NCBI GenBank assembly: GCA_963693365.1
Contig: CAVNZM010000001.1
Coordinates: forward strand, 7,146,907-7,210,906
DNA: 64,000 bases
Direction of reading: 5' to 3'
Source: Amoebidium appalachense
Taxonomy: Eukaryota > Protista > Ichthyosporea
A model generated the notes under the pieces. That model did no database searches, was not told the DNA's origin, and saw only the letters and a program-made list of their open reading frames with translations. Shown here one piece after another: positions 24,909 through 64,000 of this stretch. Positions within the stretch are counted from its first letter, which is position 1; the number at the start of each line of letters is the position of its first letter. Position numbers and translations under genes: made by a program.

Positions 24909-26414
24909 ATGGATTACAAGGCTGTTGGCTCCCAGTTCTGTGGGTTCTACTACCCCACCTTCGCGTCGAACCGTCAGGCGCTAGTGAATCTCTACCAAGC
25001 CGACTCAATGCTGTCATGGGAGAACCAGGACTTCAAGGGTGCACAGTCAATTATGGAAAAGTTGACGGTATGTGACATTGCGGCGAAGAAGTTGAAGATA
25101 ATTTTTGTAACCGTCAATGTGCAACTTCACTAACCTTCGGCACTGGGGAAAAACGTTCGAGGAAAGATTATGGCAGTTGAGCCATTGGAGGTCATTGAAC
25201 AGAGAAATCACATACTTGTGCTAGATGTTATCAGAGTTAGATGGCTTCACGTGACGTTATAACGCCTGTACCTCTTGACACACCTGGTTGCATCCAGATG
25301 TGAGATAAATAACCTGGGTTGAGCCCGAAGTTCTGGTTGCATCGAGCCCTCGTATAGTCAACACATGCTGACGGAGCGCTTTTTGCAGACCCTCCCGTTC
25401 CAGCAAATTCAACACCAAATTACCAGCACTGATGTCCAGCCTGGACCTGATGGCGCATCCGTTCTCATCCTTGTTCTCGGCCAGCTCCTGGTAAGCAATG
25501 AACGTACCTGCACCTGCATACACGCACCACACCTTTCTCTCACATACAACCCCTCCCGGGTTCCCCTCTCCCCCCCGCACACACACGCTCTCTCCCCTTC
25601 TGCCTCTATCTCTAGTTCCCCCTTTCCTCCTCTCTGTGTGGCTCGCATCTGCTCCCACCCACACACCCCTCTTACTTTTCCTTTTTCTGCTCGTGTTATC
25701 ACCTCATCGCCCCTCCCCCCCCACCCCACCGCCACTACTACGACCCTTCTTTTTCTGGAGTCATTCCCAATTGCTGTAAACGTGCCGTCTTTTTTGTTTC
25801 TCTGTGATCTCAATTTCGTTTAAACGTTTCGTTTCACCCTCGTGTTTCGTAATATTTGAATTTACGCTCTCATCTGATGGTGTGTGGTCACCCTTTATTG
25901 GTTTCCGTCACCTTCCAACCTGCTGGTGATGGTTGTTAACAAGTTCCTTTTTCATGAGCCGCTCCCCAGCCCCCTTCTCCCTCCCCCTGCTACTACTTCC
26001 CATCACGACCCTGGATCACAAGCTATAACACATACCTGTTTTGTGTGCCGATCTGGGCACCACGGTGTCCTGTATACCCTATACCTGCGTTTCAGTTGTT
26101 GTGTACTATGTGCGTTTATCCCGCTGTTGCTCCTCGCCCCCCCTTCCCCTCCAACCTTGTCTTTTCCTGCCCATTGAGTCCCCTGGGTTTTTGCTTCGTT
26201 TGCTGCAGCAGCCCGCACTCTTGGTCATAATGCACGCTCTTACTTCCTAGCATGAACCCCCCCCAGCCCCTGTTTACCCCCTTCCACGAGTACTTGGTTT
26301 GCTTCGGTTGTGTATTTGTGTCTGCTTCATGATTCTCAGGCATGTCCCGATTTGCAACTTCTGCACTGTGGTTTCCGTCGTGAATAATGTAGAATTTGGA
26401 ACTGGCACACAGAT

Positions 26415-26451
<37 letters not shown>

Positions 26452-26760
26452 ACACACACACACATACACACACACAACACACAAACCAACAACCCCTTCG
26501 TTCCGGTACCTCTTTCTCTTATACATGTGGACAGGGCCATCTGCACGTTCCTGTGGTGTTGTGTGTGCTGCTCCCCTCTTCCCCCTCCTCCCCTCCCCCT
26601 CAAAGCCTTCAAAGATGGGCTGTCGTTATAATGCATTCTCTGTGTCATCTGCAAAATCTGAAGTGTTGTTCACCGCGAAATGTCAAAATCTGCAATTCGC
26701 TATTCTTGATAAATGGGTATGTCGTACTTCAGATATATAACACATCTCCCCCCCCCCCCC

Positions 26761-26839
<79 letters not shown>

Positions 26840-27809
26840 CGCCACCACACACACACTCACGTGCACACACAAGCTTGTCCCTATTCTGCACACCGTATTA
26901 GTAACCTAATGTGCATTTAGAATATGAAGTGTTTGATCTTGCTTGCGAGTTGGATCGTCAAGGCACGAGTGTTGTGATTGCTTTCCTCACATCCCCAAGG
27001 TGTGTGGCGGGCTCTTGATGTATTTTTGTTTTTCCTCACTCTGCCTTTTGTCCTTCGTAAATCTGTGCTTCATACGGTGCAATGCTCCCTCCCCCTCTCC
27101 CCACCCTTTCTTACATGGCATGAACCAATTTTGTCCGTTTTGCATATATTATGCTATGTTCGTGTAATGCCTTTTAAATTTGCACTTGTTGCTGTATATG
27201 ATATTGTTCCCGTGTTTTTCTGCTCACGGTCTTGGATGTATGTGTTGCCCTATTCCCCGCCGCCCCCCCTCCCCCCCCCCCCCCCAGACGCAATCGATGA
27301 CTTGGGCCCTCCCTGAGGATGGGCTCTGCTTATGACGCATACTGTGCGCATGGCTGATGCTACATACTTGAATGTTTGCCTTTGCATGTGTCCTGCACCA
27401 TGCTTCTCATCGTGTATGCGTACTTCGTACTGTGTTCCGCATTCAAAACCCCCCCCCCCCCTGCGGGGTGGATGACGTGAGGCCCCCAGATGATGGGCTC
27501 TGCTTATTATGAGTACTCTTTATGTACGGTTTGCACTCTGTATTGTTTTGTCCGTTGTGAATGTGTACTTCGTACTTCATGGTGCAATCCCCCCCCCCCC
27601 CCCCCCCCCCCTCCCCCATGTTCAAGTGAAACAGTATCTGAGTTGGGTTTCGTTAACGAGGGGAATAGGTCGAAACTCGGGTACTGTGGATGACGTGGGC
27701 CCCCTCTGAGGATGGGCTCTGCTTATTATGCATACTCTTTATGTATGGCTTGCATTCTGCATCGTGTTATCCGTTTGTTCTTGTGTACTTCGTACTTTTT
27801 GACGCATTC

Positions 27810-27856
<47 letters not shown>

Positions 27857-28338
27857 CACCACCACCACCACCCCCCCAGCACACGCACACGCACATGCGC
27901 GCGCACACACACATGGACCAAAAGAAGAATTAAAAAAGGAACGTGGGCATATATGGGCACCACACACACACACACACTGCTACCGTTCTCGTGATTCCTC
28001 CCTGAATTATCGTACTCTTGTGTTCGTGTATGCAAATGTGAGTGCTAACTACATGGTTTGTGCGTTTTACTGATGCGCCACACACACTGTGCACGACGGT
28101 CTGAACCCCCTCATCCGCCCTCTTGTCTTGTGTTCATCTGTTTCCCTTGCCCTGATTGGCGAAACAAAACTGCATGGGATCGAAGGGTGTATGTGCAAGA
28201 CTTCTAACTTTTCCCCCTGTACAGCCGGATGGGGAGTCAAAACCGCTGGGCTTTACGCAGTGCTTCCAACTTAAGGCAGCAGGCGGCAGCTTCTACATCT
28301 TTAACGAAATCTTCCGCCTCACGCTCCACAACTTCTAG
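24909..28338 (+). CDS. NTF2: Nuclear transport factor 2, 124 aa
   Basis: Exons 24909-25067, 25389-25490, 28225-28338: MDYKAVGSQFCGFYYPTFASNRQALVNLY..LPFQQIQHQITSTDVQP..VLGQLLPDGESKPLGFTQCFQLKAAGGSFYIFNEIFRLTLHNF. Confidence 0.95.
26611..26747 (+). mobile_element. Possible diverged copy of the poly(C)-flanked repeat
   Basis: gatgggct....ttataatgcattctct aligns with the family motif gatgggct....ttattatgcatactct; ends tcgtacttca...catct followed by poly(C). Confidence 0.4.
27286..27811 (+). mobile_element. Three head-to-tail copies of the poly(C)-flanked repeat (27286-27448, 27462-27588, 27615-27811)
   Basis: Each contains gatgac.tg.g.ccc...ga.gatgggctctgcttat...gtacttcgtact and is followed by a C run. 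Confidence 0.85.
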
Positions 28339-29407
28339 ATTGACTGTTTTTTTTGCGAATGTAGGACTACAGGTATTGTGCATACTGTTAGATATCATGT
28401 CGTATAATGTGCAAGGGGGCTGGCAGGGGTTTTTTGAGGGGTGTAAGCAAGACAGTTTGTCCAATAGCCATATGCTTTTTCTGCCGAGGACAGAACGCAG
28501 AACGCAGCAATGACCATAGCATAGTGTTTGTACAAATAAACATGAATGAACCATTTGTTCCACATCTGTTTTCTCCCCCCTCCCCCCTCCCCCCCCCCCC
28601 CCCCCCCCCCCCCGCGCGTGTACTTACGCCCAGTCGTGTCCGTGATAGAAAGGTTTGGGAATATTGGAACCCGTGCCTGGCCATGACCCTTTTTCATCCT
28701 TTCTTTTGCTCTGGCGCCAGAGCACGCCAGATGTCAACCACCACCTATTTCGTGTGTGTGCAGCTGCTCCGTGACTAGCACGTCTTGTTTGACATGTTGG
28801 TGTGTCCAGCTGGTGTGCCGCTGGATATCTGAGCCCACAAAAGCCCACAATCCCCCTTTTTTTTTTTAAAAAAAAAAAAAAAGTGCTTAGAATATATATT
28901 GCATGAGCATGATGCACACGTGTGGCCGGGTGGTGGAGCGGCTGCCAGCGGGTGGTGCCCGCCCGTACGAAGGTGATGCATTCGGCATGAGGGTGGTGGA
29001 GGTGTTTTCGCGTATGACTATGTGTGTGTTTCCGTGTACGTCAGGTCGTGTGCCGTGTACGGGGCCTCGGGGGGGGGGGGGGGGGGGGGGGGGAATCTTC
29101 GGAAGGGGGCGGGGAGGAATTTGAAGGGGATCGGATCGATCATCGGGTTCACTGTAACTGTAAGCCAAACCGAAACCCGACCCGAATCGGCTCGCCTGGT
29201 TCGGCATGTGACGTGATGATGTCATCAACTGGCCGGCTGACATTTTGATCGGTCACTTCAGTTGAGTTTTTCGAAGTGTCACTCAGTGTAGGAGACTTGA
29301 GGGAGGGCATGCACGGAAACTGAACGAAGACTAGAGAGAGAGAGAGAACCTAAGTGAAGGGTCTCGTTTAGGTTTAGCCGGCGTTGTGCCGGTGCTACAC
29401 AGCCAGC

Positions 29408-38593
<9,186 letters not shown>

Positions 38594-39877
38594 ACGTTGC
38601 ACCTCTACCCGCGGTGAAACAAACTTGGTGCGTGCATGTTAGCCCAGATTGGATTCTAGTTCGGTGACATTCATCATTAAACTGGTTTCACTGAGTCTAT
38701 GTGCCACAGCATGATATTGTCTTAGTTTGGGCTGAACATGGTACGTTTCTGAACGTGTAGGTGTGTAGGTTGTGTGGAAATGTTTGTAAGATAATACCTA
38801 GACTGCTAAGCGAAAGGGGATTGATGCGACTGTCGATGCTTGTGAAATTGGTGTGCGAGTGGGTAGTGGGCCTTTTTGTGTTGGTTTTTCATGCCTTTTT
38901 TTTTTTTTTTTTTTTTTTTTCCCCTTTCTTTCGTTTCTTCTGTTTTTTTTTTCTTTTATAAAATTTGAGGGCAATTGATGCGTTCGAAAGACACAGTGGA
39001 AAAAAAGAGACAAAATTTCCTGTGGGGATTTGGGGTGATCAACAAGACACACCTTTTTTGTGTGTTTTTTCTTGTTTTGTACATTTCGCTTCTAAATTGG
39101 TTTCCTGTGTTCTTCGCTGTGGCCATAACTCGATCACTAGCATTCGGTGTGGAGTTAACGTTGTCGATTGGTTTGAATAGGATAGGGGGAGGGGACCGGA
39201 GTAGGGGGGATCTCGAAGGGTGTGTATTAAAGGCCGGAAAGTTGTGTTGTGTGAGTACGTCTGTGTTTTCGTTGTTTTTGATGATCGATACTTTTTGTGG
39301 GGTAATTTTTCACCGTGATTCAAGGGCCTGAGTCAAGTTGCCATGTTGATCGTGGCATCAACAACTGCAAAATATGGAAAATAAATAAATAAATCGAAAA
39401 CTATCATATTAAAAATATGGAGCCACAAAACGAATTGTGGCTCCTGAGGCTTAAAGACAGCTTTTCATGCATCCTGTGTGCCTTTTAATTTCAGTTGTGC
39501 ATGTTCACGGATCACGCGCGTGCGCGACTTCAAACAGTAGCCATGCCATGGCCATGGTGGCCCGCGAGTGTTCAGTGCACATTTTCTATTATGTCATGTG
39601 CTGAGGTGGGGCCAGGGGACAATAAAAGTTGACTGCGCAGTACTGGGTGGTGCACCTGTAACGGCTGTACTCCAGCTATGCACACTTGCTCAATGACGTC
39701 TTGGGCATATGCCATGCTGCTATTTTATTTTCTCATATTGTCGGAGCGAGAGTCTTTACTGTTCACGTCTGAAATGCATATGTGGCTGGTGTATACACAT
39801 CAACATGTTCGAGCTCACCGCTCGCTATTGCCAAAGTTCGTCATTTCCACAAACTACCAGCACTGTTCCACCAGTCG

Positions 39878-39924
<47 letters not shown>

Positions 39925-40108
39925 AAAAAAAAAAAAAAAAACACCCACTCATGGCACCCAAAAAAGAAAAAAGACGAAAAGGAAAAAAAAAAGTCTAGCA
40001 AGTGATCAAGGAAATGTGGAATTTGAAATGTGATCATACAAACTACCTACAGGCATGGCCCCAGACCCGTCAATAAAAAAAAAAAGGAGACTTGTATTAA
40101 ATAAAGCA

Positions 40109-59041
<18,933 letters not shown>

Positions 59042-60361
59042 TTTCGAAGTTGAAGCGTCCCTGCAGGTCAGAGACACTGTTTACTGCCTTCCTTCCTCTT
59101 CTTTTCGAACTTTTTTACAAGAATCGCGCAGTCAACAATGATTGCGGCTGCCAGCTGCGGTAGTTTGCTGACTTCTACTGAAAGGAACTTCTGAACGTGA
59201 GGCGTGAGCTTGCAAGTTGCAGCGCACTCCAGCAACCAAAAAAAAAAAACTTGAACAGAAAAATTTAAGGGCGGACAGGAATTTACCGATTTAGGCAACC
59301 TTTTTAGTCCCCCAAAACCTATGTGCACCTCTGCCGGGTGTCGGTTGTGCAACTTGTGGGTTTGCATTCGAATTTCATATAATAGGCATTAGAGTAAGCT
59401 GGTCACAACTCAATGAATTTTTTTGCAGCCATATCATATTTTATTTTTTATGTTTATAATCTCTATATAAACTCGGACTCGATGTACCCGCTCCATGAGA
59501 ATTTCGCGAATCGGCATCGACAATTGAGTCAGCAAGGCTTGTATTGATTCAAAGTTCATTGCCCAAATGGGAAGTGTTGGGAGATCAGCCGACTGGAAAT
59601 CATAACCAATAAAATGCATTACATATCATGTATTGGAACTGCCGCTTTTTGTAGTATTTCGTAATCGGGCCCGGAAGTTGGAGACAAAAATAGTTCCTAA
59701 GAGTGATTGTGTTACTAATAGAGCCCTCAGCACTTCAAAGGTTCACTTTTCGCCCAAGCTTCAACTTGCAATATGTTCGTGTGTTCAAACCTTTCAATGC
59801 AAAAAGTTGTACGGTTGTTGACAAATGTCTACCTTTAATTCTTTCGACAACTTTCACAAGTTAGCGTCGGTGCGCCGAAAAATACTTGCACGAGTGCGCT
59901 TATATGTAGTGCAGCACGGTGCTGCTAACTATATCTAAGCTCCTTGTATGAAATTTTGTCTGTGTACCAGATATTAATCGATTCCACTCATCACACCGTG
60001 TGCCAAAGTTTTGGCTGGGGTGTCATCTCAATTTACATGATTTTTCGATAAAACCAGCATGGCTGCCCCTCAGCCCAACCCGCCAACTTAAACGAGGGCG
60101 TTATCTTCCGACTAGCCACAGAAGATGACTTCAAAGCACACGGCGGGAGAGAACTAGTTTCCTTCGAGTCCCTCCCTACCCTTAACATTTTCTGGTCATC
60201 AGCCCCCAAGTGCAAAGACATTCTCAAGGCCATAGCTACGCACACAGGCCTTATTAGCAATTCATATGACGCTCCTCTATTTGAGCCTCTCTCTGCCTGA
60301 AGCAAACGACACACTGGGGTTGGGGGGGAGGGTTGGTGGGTGGGTGGGTGGTGGTGGTGGT

Positions 60362-60400
<39 letters not shown>

Positions 60401-61545
60401 GGGGGGGGGGGGAGGGAGGTGTTAGCTTTGAAATTCGGCTCCTGTATGAAGCTTCATACTGTGCCAAAGTTTATCCGCCGAGATCTGCTCCGGGTGACTC
60501 AGCCCCTCACCAGCACGAAACTGGGGGGCAACCTTCTACATGCCGGCTTCCAAATTCTGCTGGTCGCACCCTCGCGGTTCGACAAGCCAAGAAACGTCTG
60601 AAAGACTGCAACATTACACCATTACATCTGTTCGAGTTTGGAGCTTGCTCACCTACAGCTCTCACCTACAGCAGTACAGTACCGTAGAGTAGCACGGCCG
60701 CGGCTCCCGTACACGCGTGGGCCCGGCTGCGAAGGGCCGGTGAGCCGCCAAACAATGATTGCGTCCAGCTATTTAGCGTAAATGTTGCACAAGTTTTGCG
60801 CTAAATCTAACCGGGAGGGGTACGTCAGATGACAGATTTCGATAGCCCTACCCTTTCTTACGTCATCAAGAGTATTAGTCTAGTGCGCGCCTCGGCCCGG
60901 TACGCTGTTTAAATGTTTTAGATTAATCAATCTTGTATCCCGGGAATTCTGGACAACATTAATCTCAACTCCCCCTCAAAAAACAGAGTTTTTTCCCGTA
61001 AAAAATGGTCCGACGGGGCTGAAACTTTCCATGAGCGAAGCAAACATATATAGGTATGAAAGCCCAGCGGCTGGGTGCATGTTGCATATGGACTTTGCGG
61101 CACAGCGAGAGCGTGACGGTAGGTGAATATGGATATCGAGGATCATTAATCAAGGAGCCACAGTGACTGCTGCAAGGCTTGAATGATTGATCTGAGTGTG
61201 CTGTATTGCATTATGATGTGGGGGGGGGAACGCTGCGTTTCAACAAAGAAATAGGAGAGCAATGCTTTTACACCCCTCGAGTGCAGTATACCATTGGTTG
61301 CTGTACGAACAAGACCCATTTATGGTGTGACGTATAGCCTTTTTTAGCTGTTGTAAACAAAACAACACGGGCCGTGGCTACTTTTGAGGACCCTGCTTGT
61401 AGATTATCATCTCACACCCAACTTGAACCCGTAGCATTGCTGTGGATACACCCTGTCGTTTTCACTTTCTTTTTGTTTTCTTGTTTTCTTTTTTATTGTT
61501 TTTGGTGATGGACGCAAAGAATGGAAGGGGACTTTGAATTAATAT

Positions 61546-61764
61546 TTGATGATACGTGCCCTTTGTGGTTTTTACGCTGGCGGCCAGCAGCAGCGAAACG
61601 TCAGGAGACACCAAGGCGGCACCACACAAGCTAGTTGTGAAGCGTGCAAAGTTCGTTTGTGCTCTAAGCGCAGCGCAATGACAAAAGATTTAAAAACCTG
61701 CTTCGAAATATGGCACACACACAAGGATATCAGAACTAGTGCTCACTGGGCTAACAACTATTAG
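61546..61764 (+). mobile_element. Remnant of a piggyBac-like transposase C-terminal cysteine-rich domain
   Basis: ALCGFY..TTQASCEACKVRLC..KTCFEIWHT fits the T-x3-C-x2-C-x-V-x-L-C...C-F-x2-[WFY]-H pattern; no DDD core seen upstream. Confidence 0.6.
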
Positions 61765-62184
61765 ACACGGTGGAGAGTGGAAATAACATACAGGAACCTT
61801 TTCAATATCTCCGTTTTTGCCTCATTTTGAGTTGTCTTTGTATTCTTCTTATTTTATTTTGTTGTTTTTTTTGGTTTGTGGGGATTTTACTTCTTCTACT
61901 TCTTCCTTCCACTTTTCATATTTTGTTTTTGTTGTTTCGTCCTGATTTTCTCTATGCAAGGGGGCCTGTCTGAAGCTGTGTAGGTGTGTATGTGCCGTGT
62001 GGGGGGGAAGGGAGGGGGGGGGGGGGGGGGGGGGGGGGGCTTCTTTTTCCTTCTTCCACCCCCCCCCCCCCCCCTAGTTTTTTGAATATACGTAATAGCA
62101 AGGGGGACTGGCGGCATGCCAGTAGCAGTGTAGGTGTGTATGTGTGTGGGTGTGGGTTTGTGTGTGTGTATGTGTGTGTGCGGG

Positions 62185-62241
<57 letters not shown>

Positions 62242-62953
62242 CTGTCTGCCGTTGTATTCAGTGCCCTGCATACATCTCAGTGTATGAAGCACAAACAATA
62301 CGGTCACTGTGCTTTGATGGTTTTGAAACTAAATTAGTGGCACGTTTCTGTGGTCACAGACCTGTATTTGGTTTCATTATAAGTATATTTATACATAAAT
62401 ATATGTATAGTTATTAGTATTAATAATCGCTTTTTGGAAGATCATAAATAATTGAAAATGTAACATAGTACTACTATAATTGTTTCCAGAAATGTCACCG
62501 AAAATTATGTGTGGCTCTTGGAGAGGAAGAAAAAGATGGTTTAAATCATGCACCATGTCTCAGTGTGTATGGAAAACGTCTATGAATGATTCCCCCACCC
62601 CTCCCGCCTCCCCCTACATAGCCCGGCCCGAATTCCTGCCCCTCCCCTCCCCTTCCCCCCCCCCCCCCCCCCCCCCCTCCTTACACACACACACACACAC
62701 GCGCACTGTGGCACCTGCCCACCTAACCGTGGTCACCATAACACACACATGTGCACACACACACAAACACGTACGCACAAAGACATGACACACACACATG
62801 GCATGGCACACACACTGAAACGGCCAGGTACATGCATGCACGAGTGCACATATCACACTCACGCCGGGGCCCCGGCTCCCTGTTAAATAATAAGGAAATT
62901 CTATTCAAAGCAATATTGTACAGATACACAGACATTATTATACCCCCCCCCCT

Positions 62954-62984
<31 letters not shown>

Positions 62985-63554
62985 CCCCAACACACACATA
63001 TGCACATGCACCGGCTGCCCACCCAACCACCCTGACACACACACGTGCACACCGTGGCACACGGACTCGTACATGCATGTAGATAGAGATACACACACAC
63101 ACTGCATGCCGTGGCACACACTGCACTGTGAAACACAGTGCGTAACACGTGCCACACGTGCACACACCGCAAACAAGCACTGTGGCATCATACATGCTGA
63201 AAAACACGCATGCACACCCACACACACGCGCGCAGTACACACTCGCACGCAAACCGTGGACACCGTCACAGAAAACATGCACCGGCACACACACTCTGCA
63301 ATGTACACATGTACAAGTGTGTACATTGCATACAAACACACCCACACAAGCACACACACACACGTCATCACAGCTGAACACACTAACATCAGCATGTGCG
63401 TACAATAGCACATGCATTTTAAGTTGACCTGTACAGTACAACGGCACCGTGTTACGTGGCATCCATGCACTGCATGCAGCGTACACGTGGCACACACACA
63501 CCCGTATGTGTGCTTGTCTATATTAGGCATATGCACAGGCCTAGGCACACATGT

Positions 63555-63588
<34 letters not shown>

Positions 63589-64000
63589 AGGCACACACCA
63601 GCACACAGACACACACAACACACACACATACACACACACACACACATACAGAGAAAGTGAGAGAGTACCCCACACATGACACCGGGAGCCCGCTGTGCGC
63701 GCACAATTAACACGTGAGCTTCGTCAGCCGCGGCCGGCTGCCGATCATATGCATGTGCCGCGGGATCCAGCAGCTGTGATTAATCTTCTTCTCGGATTGA
63801 TTAATCTTCTTTTACGCTCGCACCTCTTCTCGAAGGTGTATAATAAACATGGATATTATAGACAAAAACACCCAAAAAAAATTACATAGGCGTTTTCTTG
63901 ACTATCAAAACCAACTTTTTGCCTACTTAACATGTATTTTTGGGCTGCTGGGTAAGTCGGTGGAAGCGCCGCAAATGTGATTAACGTTGAAGATTAATCA

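Noticed and set aside
27660-27730. Hammerhead core motifs (GAAAC..GTA, CTGAGGA) in the repeat family, suggesting a Penelope-like element
   Set aside because: Stems I and II do not pair in any permutation I could construct; not supportable without an Infernal or RNAMotif search.
39419-39444. 10-bp perfect hairpin ggagccacaa/ttgtggctcc between convergent genes
   Set aside because: No Helitron CTRR end nearby and no second copy in the window; bacterial terminator logic does not apply.
60691-63739. Imperfect inverted repeats (cggccgcggct) bracketing the piggyBac remnant
   Set aside because: Only an 11-bp GC-rich match with no TTAA or other target-site duplication at the ends.

Overview
Eukaryotic, very intron-rich genomic DNA whose introns are packed with (CA)n/(GT)n microsatellites and 15-80 nt poly(C)/poly(G) runs; almost all entries in the ORF track are repeat artefacts. 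Manual GT-AG exon chaining gives phase-consistent models for five genes: the 3' part of a hybrid histidine-kinase-type protein with a degenerate and a canonical receiver domain (+, 231-12077, with a tRNA-Phe in one intron), ATP synthase subunit e (-), NTF2 (+), SF3B4 (+) and a 24-exon GH38 lysosomal-type alpha-mannosidase (-). There is also a disrupted BACE-like aspartic protease (-) split by a ~1 kb insertion, and a piggyBac-like transposase remnant. Animal-like housekeeping proteins together with a two-component protein suggest a unicellular holozoan or related opisthokont (inference). The two most unusual signals are (1) an interspersed repeat family with a fixed 3' end, variable 5' truncation and poly(C) on both flanks, i.e. 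a candidate poly(C)-targeting or poly(C)-tailed retroelement, and (2) many 3' splice sites formed directly from (CA)n-G or poly(C)-AG with no U-rich tract. All calls come from reading the sequence by eye; no searches were run.
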